This document shows, piece by piece, positions 28,284 to 36,805 of a DNA stretch of 64,000 bases; positions within the stretch are counted from its first letter, which is position 1, and each line of letters opens with the position of its first letter. Position numbers and translations under genes: made by a program. The DNA comes from a virus. Below the pieces are notes generated by a model. The model was not told where the DNA came from. It did no database searches and saw only the letters and a list, made by a program, of their open reading frames with translations. The stretch lies in IMG/VR virus record IMGVR_UViG_3300003873_000003, positions 32,001-96,000 of that record, one strand, 5' to 3'.

Positions 28284-28319
28284 AAAAAACGCCACCCCGT
28301 GTGTGCGGTAGTGGCGTTT
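28284..28319 (-). terminator. rho-independent terminator
   Basis: AAACGCCAC...GTGGCGTTT with a T-run on the - strand. Confidence 0.6.
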
Positions 28320-28359
28320 CGGTTATGCAGTATTTACAGTTTTGAGATTAAGCAGCTAC

Positions 28360-28518
28360 CTAAAAACTAGGATGCCATTCAGGTAGAACACCATCATGTA
28401 AGTACCCCTTAACAGCTTCAATAGAGGCGCACACAAGCACACCACCAGTAACGTTAAGCCCTGCGAGGGACGCTTTTAGCGATGCCTTAGCGTCAAGATT
28501 CATCATGTCATCATACAT
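28360..28518 (-). CDS. small protein (52 aa, not in the ORF track)
   Basis: AAGGAG RBS; MYDDMMNLDAKASLKASLAGLNV...PEWHPSF. Confidence 0.55.
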   Translation of the reverse strand: MYDDMMNLDAKASLKASLAGLNVTGGVLVCASIEAVKGYLHDGVLPEWHPSF

Positions 28519-28530
28519 AGAATAAACTCC

Positions 28531-28725
28531 TTATGGTTTTGGTTCTTCATAACCATGTAAGACCTGCGAAAGAAACGAGCGGATGCAACGCACAGATAAA
28601 GCAACCGCAACCGTCAGGTAAAATACCACCACAACACCACAGAAGATGGCAATTATACCCCCAGCACCTACGAGACCGACACATAGCTGAAAAAAGCGTT
28701 CGAGGAAATCAGATATTGCCGTCAT
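28531..28725 (-). CDS. small membrane protein
   Basis: AAGGAGG RBS before MTAISDF; long hydrophobic segment. Confidence 0.6.
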   Translation of the reverse strand: MTAISDFLERFFQLCVGLVGAGGIIAIFCGVVVVFYLTVAVALSVRCIRSFLSQVLHGYEEPKP

Positions 28726-28960
28726 AGGTAGCCTCCTTAGGGGATTCTTCGCACAAGTAATCACGGAGTTTAGGGTAGCCGAACGCCTTGAGTACCCCAC
28801 CAGCTAGTACCAAAGCAATCACTACCACAAGTATAGGTAGGAGTAGGACAACTATAACAACACCTACCGTAATGAAGTAGGCTAGGAGATTAAGACCATC
28901 TACAACGATGGTACGTAAAAACGTCCAACTGTTAGCAAGAAATTTTGTTACTTGTTCCAT
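28709..28960 (-). CDS. small membrane protein
   Basis: GGAGG RBS; hydrophobic segment. Confidence 0.65.
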   Translation of the reverse strand: MEQVTKFLANSWTFLRTIVVDGLNLLAYFITVGVVIVVLLLPILVVVIALVLAGGVLKAFGYPKLRDYLCEESPKEATYDGNI

Positions 28961-29012
28961 CAGTATAGCCTCCGAGCTAGTTTAAGTTTTAAGTTCACAT
29001 AGCATGTGTACA

Positions 29013-29387
29013 TCACCACCTACCCCAGTATCTAAACAAGTCCTTGATTCTAACACCTACCCGAACCGAGAAAGAAGTGAACCGTGACTCAATATAGTCT
29101 AAAGCAGCAACAAGCAACTTAGTGGACTCTCTACCTACAGCTTCCACCAAGTACGCAAGAAGCCACACGAAAGAAAGAGCTAGAGTGATGAGTAGCATAG
29201 GGACCAACAACGTAAGCCACAGCAAACAGTATCCCACAACAACACACAAAGGGAGAAGGAACACTGCAACCTTCGAGCATATTGACTGCGCATGATGCAG
29301 CAAGTCCCACTTTACGAGAAGGTGCGCCACATAGCTTTGCGCACTTAACCACATAATGTTTAGGTTACGGATAACAGAGTTAATCAT
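29013..29387 (-). CDS. membrane protein
   Basis: 4-nt overlap with dnaX; hydrophobic. Confidence 0.6.
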   Translation of the reverse strand: MINSVIRNLNIMWLSAQSYVAHLLVKWDLLHHAQSICSKVAVFLLPLCVVVGYCLLWLTLLVPMLLITLALSFVWLLAYLVEAVGRESTKLLVAALDYIESRFTSFSVRVGVRIKDLFRYWGRW

Positions 29388-30457
29388 AGCGCCAGCAACC
29401 GAGCAATCAATAGTTGCTTATCATCAATGGTGAAGGTCGTGAACTCTTTTTTCAAGTCAACCAACCCATTCATAATCGCAGTCATGTCTTCCAAATCAGG
29501 AGCTTCTTTTAGCTTGCGGAACTTGGCTAAGAACGTGCGTCTATCATACGAAACATAGTCCAGCTTCACCTTAGACATGTAGTACAAGGCACAAGTATGA
29601 AACTCAAGCATCTTACCTAGAGCCCCAATACTGCAATAGCGAACAATGCTTGTTGGGTTGTTCGTATAAACACCCATCAGAACTTCAATGGCAGCAACCC
29701 CACTTGTCACGTCAAACTGCTCACCGAATGTTTTAAGGACATCAACGTTCTCGCCTGACGCAATGATGTTAGCCACACCTTCGAGAAGCTGCAAAGAGTC
29801 CCTAGGTTGACCGCCTGTAGCATCAAGGATTTGACTCAAGATTTTATCCCGTTCTTCTTGGCTCTTGAATCGGATACGCTCTGCCTTAGCAGTAGCCTTC
29901 AAGAAAGGCATCATATCCTTAGGGGTCAACCTACGTAGGTTCAGCTTAACACATCGACCGATGATGGTGTTCATCATCTTATCAGGGTCAGTTGTAGCCA
30001 AGAGGAACACTGTATGTTCAGGGGGTTCTTCCAGTAACTTCAACAAACACGATGCACCTGCTTTTGTCATTTGGTGACATTCATCGAGCAAAAAGACCCG
30101 CATGTTGTAATGAGGCATAAATTGAGATTGTTGCTTCAATGCACGGATGTCGTCAATACCACGGCTATCACCCATGTTCATCTCGATGAAATCGGGGTGC
30201 ATGGTGGATTTGCAAGAGGAACACTCGCCGCAGGGGTCGGCTCCTTTTAGGTTTTGGCAGTTCACAATCGAAGCTAAGATTCGAGATATGGTTGTCTTTC
30301 CACTTCCAGTGTCTCCAGATATTAAGATAGCGTTAGGTACGTTACGGCGCTTAACCATACCTTTTATCATATCACACACAGGCTTTTGACCAACAACCTC
30401 GCCGAGCGTTCGAGGGCGCAGTTTCACCGCCAAACTTTCTGATACCATTGAACTCAT
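29384..30457 (-). CDS. dnaX: DNA polymerase III gamma/tau-like clamp loader subunit
   Basis: RPRTLGEVVGQ, GDTGSGKTT, NC...PCGECSSC, LDECH, LLKLLEEPP, GRC. Confidence 0.93.
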   Translation of the reverse strand: MSSMVSESLAVKLRPRTLGEVVGQKPVCDMIKGMVKRRNVPNAILISGDTGSGKTTISRILASIVNCQNLKGADPCGECSSCKSTMHPDFIEMNMGDSRGIDDIRALKQQSQFMPHYNMRVFLLDECHQMTKAGASCLLKLLEEPPEHTVFLLATTDPDKMMNTIIGRCVKLNLRRLTPKDMMPFLKATAKAERIRFKSQEERDKILSQILDATGGQPRDSLQLLEGVANIIASGENVDVLKTFGEQFDVTSGVAAIEVLMGVYTNNPTSIVRYCSIGALGKMLEFHTCALYYMSKVKLDYVSYDRRTFLAKFRKLKEAPDLEDMTAIMNGLVDLKKEFTTFTIDDKQLLIARLLAL

Positions 30458-30518
30458 AATGAAACTCCTATTAAACTATAATAAAACTCTTTCACGTCAT
30501 TTACAGAAACCTACAACG

Positions 30519-30556
30519 AAAAAGGCAACGTAACTGATATAGTGTTACGTTGCCTT
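30519..30556 (-). terminator. rho-independent terminator
   Basis: AAGGCAACGTAAC...GTTACGTTGCCTT with a T-run on the - strand. Confidence 0.75.
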
Positions 30557-30565
30557 AACATAAAG

Positions 30566-31222
30566 CTAGTCCCCTACAGTATCGTCACTAGGTACGAGAC
30601 TTTCAGTTTCATCGGTTGATTCATCGGGATTGCGGACATAGCCGTCACCCTCGGTAGTTGAGCTGTCAACATCCATAGACAAAGGAGCCGCAGAATAACA
30701 GGTGGACGGCACATACCAACCTTCGAGCAGCAAGTCTTCGAGCGATGGGTTCCAACCTCCGCAGAAAAGTCGGTCAGGTTCAACGGTCAAGGCTTCACCT
30801 ACATCGTCATAGGTGTTCTTATCGAACAAGTACACACCCAACATCATAGAGGAGGGGTCATAGTCTTTCAAGGCGAAAGGTTTTAGTGGGTCAGGTGCTA
30901 CAGAATCCACCAAAGCAACCACCATAACAGTCTCCTTCTGCGCAGGCGTAAGAACAACAGGGATAGAGGCAGGTAATGCCCCATCGAAGTTCTTATGTGC
31001 AACTAGCTTACCACGATGCAGAACATCAAGCAAGCAAGTGCGCTCTACAGGTTCAGAGACAGTAGCAGCTACTGCGGAGTGTAAGCTATCAATAGCCTCA
31101 CCTACGGTATCACCCGATGCTATATCTTGTGTTACATCAGCCCCCGTTGCAGTGACTTTAGTGGTTGTAGTACCATTTGAGGTTTTACCTCGCTTGTTCT
31201 TGTTCTTTCTCATTTTCATCAT
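30566..31222 (-). CDS. hypothetical protein
   Basis: AAGGAG RBS. Confidence 0.7.
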   Translation of the reverse strand: MMKMRKNKNKRGKTSNGTTTTKVTATGADVTQDIASGDTVGEAIDSLHSAVAATVSEPVERTCLLDVLHRGKLVAHKNFDGALPASIPVVLTPAQKETVMVVALVDSVAPDPLKPFALKDYDPSSMMLGVYLFDKNTYDDVGEALTVEPDRLFCGGWNPSLEDLLLEGWYVPSTCYSAAPLSMDVDSSTTEGDGYVRNPDESTDETESLVPSDDTVGD

Positions 31223-31299
31223 TCTCCTTTTAGTTTAACTTAGTAGGGGTTCAACTAGACATGCGTAACTGCACTCTAGGACTTACACTGTTTAAGTGA

Positions 31300-31677
31300 C
31301 TAACTTGTAGTATCACCTTCGCCGTTAGCAGTCTCCCGCATAGCTTGTTTATATTGGCGCAAGCGAAGAATATCCTTATTCAGTTTGTACTCTTGCCGAC
31401 ATGCTTTACGGACTCGTTTCTGATAGGAAGCCTCCAGACCATCATTTAGGTTAGCGACTAAACCCTTGACGGTATCAGACTGACCAGCAACACTAAGTGA
31501 CTCATCAAGAAGAAGTTTAGCCTCGTGTATCGCCAACGAACACCTAAGAAGCTTTTTGCTGCGGCGAGCTACTTTACGTTCCAAACGGATTAGGGTTCGC
31601 AAGCCCGAGTTGGATTCAGTTAAGTACGCTGATTTTCCTCCCCCTGTATCCGACTGCTTGTCTTTCTCGTTACTCAT
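31300..31677 (-). CDS. hypothetical basic helical protein
   Basis: AAGGAGG RBS. Confidence 0.7.
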   Translation of the reverse strand: MSNEKDKQSDTGGGKSAYLTESNSGLRTLIRLERKVARRSKKLLRCSLAIHEAKLLLDESLSVAGQSDTVKGLVANLNDGLEASYQKRVRKACRQEYKLNKDILRLRQYKQAMRETANGEGDTTS

Positions 31678-31728
31678 TGTTTGTACCTCCTTTCGTACTT
31701 CGTGCGGTGGCTTTACACTTTCTAGCCA

Positions 31729-32751
31729 TCACTTCTTAGGTATAGATTTCATCTTGAAGCATTTACCCCCGTTAGCGAATGGGCAGGGGTACACAGACTT
31801 ACCGCTCGCATCCTTCTTCATGTAACCATTAAAGAACTCTGATTTGTATTCGGCTAGGCTCTTGCACGGTTTAGCTTTCAAAAGAAACTTCTCCGCAGAA
31901 GCATGTTTCGGGTCTTTAAGTAGGGCTGTGCCTGCACGCCTTTGTTTGTATTCCATATCCATCTTGCGTACCTCATCTGCCCTCACAGATTCATCCGTTG
32001 CGAAGTAGAAAGGTCGTACCCCCTCTAGCCGAGTCTTACCTGACATAGATGTCACAGACTTAGCTGCTGTATCACGACCCAAGTAGATTAAGAAAAACCC
32101 TGATATAGTGATACCATGAAGCTTGGTTATCAAACCTGCGTACCTACGAGCTTGATAAGGGTGGTAAGACACAGGTAGCCCCCTGCCAGTGTCGACTTTA
32201 TCCTTGGATGTAGTCTTGTATTCAAGAACATAGTATTTTCCGTTTGCGGCTTGGAACACACCATCGACATGCCCCGTGAAGGTGTTGACACCACACAGCT
32301 TACGTTTCACTGACATAAGCACATTGTCTTTCTTTGCGGCATCCTCCATCTTCTTGAAGTCTCTTGGGGGCCATGCTACTTCAAGCTCTTCATAGAAAAA
32401 ATTGCGGTCGGTTTGACCGCAGCACTCACACACAGTTGGCTCCAACTGGTTATAGTGTAGCTTACCGCAAACCTTACCCTTATGGTAGGATAAACAACGC
32501 CATGTACCGAATAGCTTTCCTTTGTTTGTCTTATAGATAAGCCGTTGCACAGTCTCATGCACTGCTGTCCCGATTGTCGTATAGTGGAATCCACCGTAGT
32601 CAAAGGAAGAGCTTGGCTGGTCCCGCCTATCCACGTAGTCCAATAAACCACAGTACGGTAGTGAGGATGCCCGAAACTCGGTACGTGCTGCCTCGTTCTC
32701 TTCATAGACTAACATATTGGATAGCATTTCTTTTATTGCTTTTTGTGGCAT
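31729..32751 (-). CDS. Cas4-like PD-(D/E)XK exonuclease
   Basis: RASSLPYC, GTAVHE, GHVDG, LEYKT, QARRY, C-terminal C...CPF...C. Confidence 0.85.
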   Translation of the reverse strand: MPQKAIKEMLSNMLVYEENEAARTEFRASSLPYCGLLDYVDRRDQPSSSFDYGGFHYTTIGTAVHETVQRLIYKTNKGKLFGTWRCLSYHKGKVCGKLHYNQLEPTVCECCGQTDRNFFYEELEVAWPPRDFKKMEDAAKKDNVLMSVKRKLCGVNTFTGHVDGVFQAANGKYYVLEYKTTSKDKVDTGRGLPVSYHPYQARRYAGLITKLHGITISGFFLIYLGRDTAAKSVTSMSGKTRLEGVRPFYFATDESVRADEVRKMDMEYKQRRAGTALLKDPKHASAEKFLLKAKPCKSLAEYKSEFFNGYMKKDASGKSVYPCPFANGGKCFKMKSIPKK

Positions 32752-32854
32752 ACAGGCTCCTGTTGTTACTTTCACTTTAAGTTAGTCATATTTACATTTC
32801 TTATCCAGTTAATTAGTGTAAATGTGTAAACCTCTAAGCACAACAGGAGGAATC

Positions 32855-33490
32855 ATGGGATTCAAATTTCAAATAGACAAGCACGGCACGTACACAGAGT
32901 ATCTAAGGGTGGAAGGAAACTTTAGGCGAATAGTTAAAGCCCTACCTACTAAGCGACCTATGGACGAGCCGTTCAACGGCGTGCGCTTTATAAACGAGCA
33001 AGGTGAGGTGGTGAGGGACGTAGCTTTCCCACAGAAAGCCTACATAATCGAAGGTACTCGCTTCTTCAAGAACCCTACGATGCACTCAACCATCTGGGCA
33101 TACGACCAAGAAGAGGGCGTGGTTTATGCGTCAAGCAAAGGTAGCCCTATTGCTAAGCTCAAGATGAAAGTTAAAGCGATGACCAACCTAGGGAGGGTGA
33201 TGCTAGTAGAACCCCATAATGGTAAGAAGGTCTACGCATTGTTTGAACACCTTGGGAAGATACTCAAGGAAGAAACACACCTTAAAACAGTATCAGGTAC
33301 GTACCCCTCTAGGCTATGCCGCAGGGGTTTAAGCACCGACTGCACAGGCGCAGAAGAACGAATAGAAGGTGTTTGGGATGACTGGGGTGTACGGATGTAC
33401 TTCGGTGCGGATGTAATTCTGTCTGTCGAGGTGTTTAGCAAGGACTCGGTTGTGATAAAATCTACGAAAATAGGAGCAGATAATGCCTAA
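32855..33490 (+). CDS. hypothetical protein
   Basis: AGGAGG RBS before MGFKF; upstream GTGTAAAT. Confidence 0.7.
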   Translation: MGFKFQIDKHGTYTEYLRVEGNFRRIVKALPTKRPMDEPFNGVRFINEQGEVVRDVAFPQKAYIIEGTRFFKNPTMHSTIWAYDQEEGVVYASSKGSPIAKLKMKVKAMTNLGRVMLVEPHNGKKVYALFEHLGKILKEETHLKTVSGTYPSRLCRRGLSTDCTGAEERIEGVWDDWGVRMYFGADVILSVEVFSKDSVVIKSTKIGADNA

Positions 33491-33719
33491 AGAAAAAGAG
33501 AAGCAAGCACGGGAGTATAAACTAATATCCTCGGCTATACGCCGCAAGATACCAAGCAAACCCTCGTACAACGATATAAAAGCGAACACAGAAGCAGCGA
33601 TTCTATACCGAGCTTACACAGAAATAAGCAAGCTTGCGGACAGCATCATAGCAGACGCAGTAAACCTACCCGAACACAAGAAGGTGGATAAGCTACTAAC
33701 ATCAATCCGCCGACTATAG
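33483..33719 (+). CDS. hypothetical protein
   Basis: AGGAG RBS. Confidence 0.65.
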   Translation: MPKEKEKQAREYKLISSAIRRKIPSKPSYNDIKANTEAAILYRAYTEISKLADSIIADAVNLPEHKKVDKLLTSIRRL

Positions 33720-33728
33720 GAGACAATA

Positions 33729-34088
33729 ATGGAAGACATAATCAAGCGAATAAGGAAGAACAAGGCTAGGTCAGTAACCGTACCGCAGTTACTCCGCAAG
33801 GTAAGAGAACAGCCACCCGAACCCCAAGATGCGCTAGAGTGCAAGGTAGGTTCAAAGAAAGCATTTAACAAAGTCAAAAATGAAGGGAAAGCCACATCAA
33901 AAGAAATCAATGTCCTACTTGACCTAGTAAACAGGATGCACATGGCAGTTAGGCACTCAACCCACCTAAAGAACGGCGTGTACAGCAAAGAAGGGTTCGA
34001 TGTTTACACCCCACTCTCGGAAGCCATCAACAGCCTCAAAGAAATGATAGAAGATGCAGCAGAATATAACGATAAATACAACAAATAA
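33729..34088 (+). CDS. hypothetical protein
   Basis: AGGAG RBS. Confidence 0.7.
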   Translation: MEDIIKRIRKNKARSVTVPQLLRKVREQPPEPQDALECKVGSKKAFNKVKNEGKATSKEINVLLDLVNRMHMAVRHSTHLKNGVYSKEGFDVYTPLSEAINSLKEMIEDAAEYNDKYNK

Positions 34089-34122
34089 TTGCAATTTATT
34101 TGCATTTTTCTTCAAATAATGC

Positions 34123-34150
34123 TTGACAAACCGTAAATCCCCGTTATCAT
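34123..34150 (+). promoter_or_regulatory. sigma70-type promoter
   Basis: TTGACA-N16-TATCAT with AT-rich upstream sequence, immediately followed by CTGTAAAT (34153-34160). Confidence 0.65.
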
Positions 34151-34384
34151 TACTGTAAATAGTGTATAGAATCGTGGTGTGGGGAGCAATGAGCTAACTC
34201 CTCCTAAGAATGCTCTGATGTACCCTCAAGATGCAACCCCACATCACGATTCACAACATACGTTCTTTACCCTCAAGGAAGGCTCTAACTGCCACTCTAG
34301 AGCATACTTTATTTCGAGTTTTCGTTTAGTTAATTGGGTATAAGAGCAAATAATACAAAGAACAACAGATACAAGGAGCCTCAC

Positions 34385-36391
34385 ATGCCACTAAACTTGG
34401 CGTTACTAGCTACAGCGCATCCTGACGATGTGTTGAAGACTATCGAAGTCGTAGCAAAGCGAGATAAGCGAGACTATAGCAAAGCGGTTCTATCTACAGA
34501 AGGCGTGAAACCAAAGTCTAGAACTCTCACCCCAGAAGATTACAAAGGTAATAAGTTTGCAAAGCGCATTGTGCGTTTTTTCTCCGTTCTAAAGCCTACG
34601 AAAGCAGAGACTTTAGAGGCGTATATGAACGCTGAACTCTCAAGATACAAAGATACCCACTCTGTAGCCCACATCAAGCACTACCTGTACTATCGTAACA
34701 AGCTCATCCGCCTCCACAACAAGGAAGCGAAGGCTCGCAAGCGAGACCTTGCCCTGCCCAAAAGGGACTGGAAGCACGCTGACCCCAATAATCTCCCTAA
34801 AATCTACTTCGAGGACTACCGTCCTACCAAAGAAGATGATTATCCTATGTACCAACTCTCCCATCTTAAAGACCCTGTAAGGAAGCTACTTTCTAAGTAC
34901 GCTTCCTTTCGCACGTTCACGCCTAGGGTTCAAGAAGAGATGGTATATTTACTCTCCCATGCCATTGTATCAGGCAAGAAAGCACCTATCCCACAGAACT
35001 TCCTTATCCACCGCACCCCAACACTTATCAGACAGCAAGTTGATAAAACAACTGGTGAAGTACACACAGGTTACGCTTGGTTGCAAGAGTATAACCTACT
35101 GCGCACTACGGACTACACTATGGGCTATATGACAGCTCATGGCAAGTATCACACAGGCATCTGCCGCCGTTGGACAGTAAACCCCAAGCTTTACACGATT
35201 GACCTGCAATCCCAAGAAGAAATGCTAGAAAGCATGAGCCATACCAAACAGAACTTCAAGAACGCCACCTTCTATTTCTCCAAAGATGGCTCCCGCCACC
35301 GCATCACGCCTCAATGCAAGCAAGCTATGGAATGTGACCCTATTGTTCTTAACATCACAGCAGCCAAGAAACGACTTGCCGAGCTTAAAGCCGACAAAGC
35401 CACACAAGGGAAGTACCTCAACGACCTACGCTGCCTAAACCTCATACTTTCCCAAGCAACCACCTTCAAACACGATAATACCCTCTTCGCTACGTACACC
35501 CCCAAATACCGTGTTGTATCCACAGGGCGTATCCAAGAGTTCGGTGGTGGATTACAAACAATCTCCCGCCTCTCCAAACAAGCCCTCCTACATAAGACAG
35601 GCATCCGCAACGTGGACATCAAAGGCTCTCAAGTTATGATACTTGAGCAAACTCTACGTAACCATGGCTTCACAGAATCAGCAGACCGCATCAAAGCGTA
35701 CTGTAACACCAACAGAGCCAAACTAGCGGCTAAATGCACCCTCCCCGAATCTGTCTTTAAGCGTGTTGTACTATCAACCATCTTTGGTGCAACCATGTCA
35801 CTCAAGAACGGTCGTACATTCCAAGACCTAGTAGCATCCGTACACCCAACCCCAGAGGCTAGGGAGCGTTGCCTGCGCCTATGTAAGCGTCATTTAAGCT
35901 TTCTCACCCAAGCCATTGAAGATTATGACTCAATCTTTGCTCACAAGACCACACACGTCAATGCAATGGGTACAATCTACAAAGGAAACTACTCATCTAA
36001 GGTGAGAGCCCACTATCTTCAAGGACAAGAAGCAGACTTGGTAAGAAGACAAACCAAATGTGCCAACGAACATGACGGCTACATGACACATACCAAAGAG
36101 TCCCTTGAGCTTCTACAAGCATGTCATAAACAAATCTCAAGTGTAACAAACCTAAGTGTCAGTAAAGAGTGGTCAAAGAGTACCATGGAACAGGCTAAGA
36201 ATAGTAAGTTAGCTATATGGTTAAGAACACTAAGAAACACTAAGTTAGAGCAATGTAACCTAAGCAAGAAGCTACAGGGAGCCATGAGGAAGGCAAGAAT
36301 CACCATTACGTATGCACTAATATATACCTCCGACATATATACAAGACAAGGCAGTGTCTGTAGTACCTACACACAGCCGTTAGATGCTTAG
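34385..36391 (+). CDS. divergent family A polymerase-like protein (TV-Pol-like)
   Basis: STGRI, RNVDIKGSQ (motif A Asp), FKRVVLSTIFG (motif B), YLQGQE, EHDG (motif C); AAGGAG RBS before 34385. Confidence 0.65.
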   Translation: MPLNLALLATAHPDDVLKTIEVVAKRDKRDYSKAVLSTEGVKPKSRTLTPEDYKGNKFAKRIVRFFSVLKPTKAETLEAYMNAELSRYKDTHSVAHIKHYLYYRNKLIRLHNKEAKARKRDLALPKRDWKHADPNNLPKIYFEDYRPTKEDDYPMYQLSHLKDPVRKLLSKYASFRTFTPRVQEEMVYLLSHAIVSGKKAPIPQNFLIHRTPTLIRQQVDKTTGEVHTGYAWLQEYNLLRTTDYTMGYMTAHGKYHTGICRRWTVNPKLYTIDLQSQEEMLESMSHTKQNFKNATFYFSKDGSRHRITPQCKQAMECDPIVLNITAAKKRLAELKADKATQGKYLNDLRCLNLILSQATTFKHDNTLFATYTPKYRVVSTGRIQEFGGGLQTISRLSKQALLHKTGIRNVDIKGSQVMILEQTLRNHGFTESADRIKAYCNTNRAKLAAKCTLPESVFKRVVLSTIFGATMSLKNGRTFQDLVASVHPTPEARERCLRLCKRHLSFLTQAIEDYDSIFAHKTTHVNAMGTIYKGNYSSKVRAHYLQGQEADLVRRQTKCANEHDGYMTHTKESLELLQACHKQISSVTNLSVSKEWSKSTMEQAKNSKLAIWLRTLRNTKLEQCNLSKKLQGAMRKARITITYALIYTSDIYTRQGSVCSTYTQPLDA

Positions 36392-36582
36392 ATAGCCTAT
36401 TCAGCATCACCCACCCACATTATCTTAATGTAGCTTATTGTGCAGCCAGCATGACCATATAACCCCTAATCACATTGATTACGAACCACTCTATGTACCA
36501 CCCTTGCATCCAGAGTACCCCTTAAACTACACTATACCAACCAATAATACCTACACTAATTGAAGTGCAGGAGGAGAATACT

Positions 36583-36792
36583 ATGCCTACTACAACTATC
36601 AACCCATTGCGTTTTATGGTACAAGCCTCGGAAGTACGTAATAGAAAGAACTGCCCCATCTGCCACAGGTCTATGGAGCATGTAACAGCACATAATGACG
36701 TAAAAGCCTTTGTTTGCTTGACAGACCGTGTTTGTTTACCTGACACTGGTGAAGACTACGCCCAAAACACCCAAAACTTGATGTTACATTAA
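36583..36792 (+). CDS. small Zn-ribbon protein
   Basis: CPIC...CLTDRVC; GGAGGAG RBS. Confidence 0.65.
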   Translation: MPTTTINPLRFMVQASEVRNRKNCPICHRSMEHVTAHNDVKAFVCLTDRVCLPDTGEDYAQNTQNLMLH

Positions 36793-36805
36793 AAGGGGAA
36801 CCATC

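Noticed and set aside
31729-32751. Cas4-like gene as evidence of CRISPR-Cas
   Set aside because: No repeat-spacer array or other cas genes seen; solo Cas4-like nucleases are common in phages
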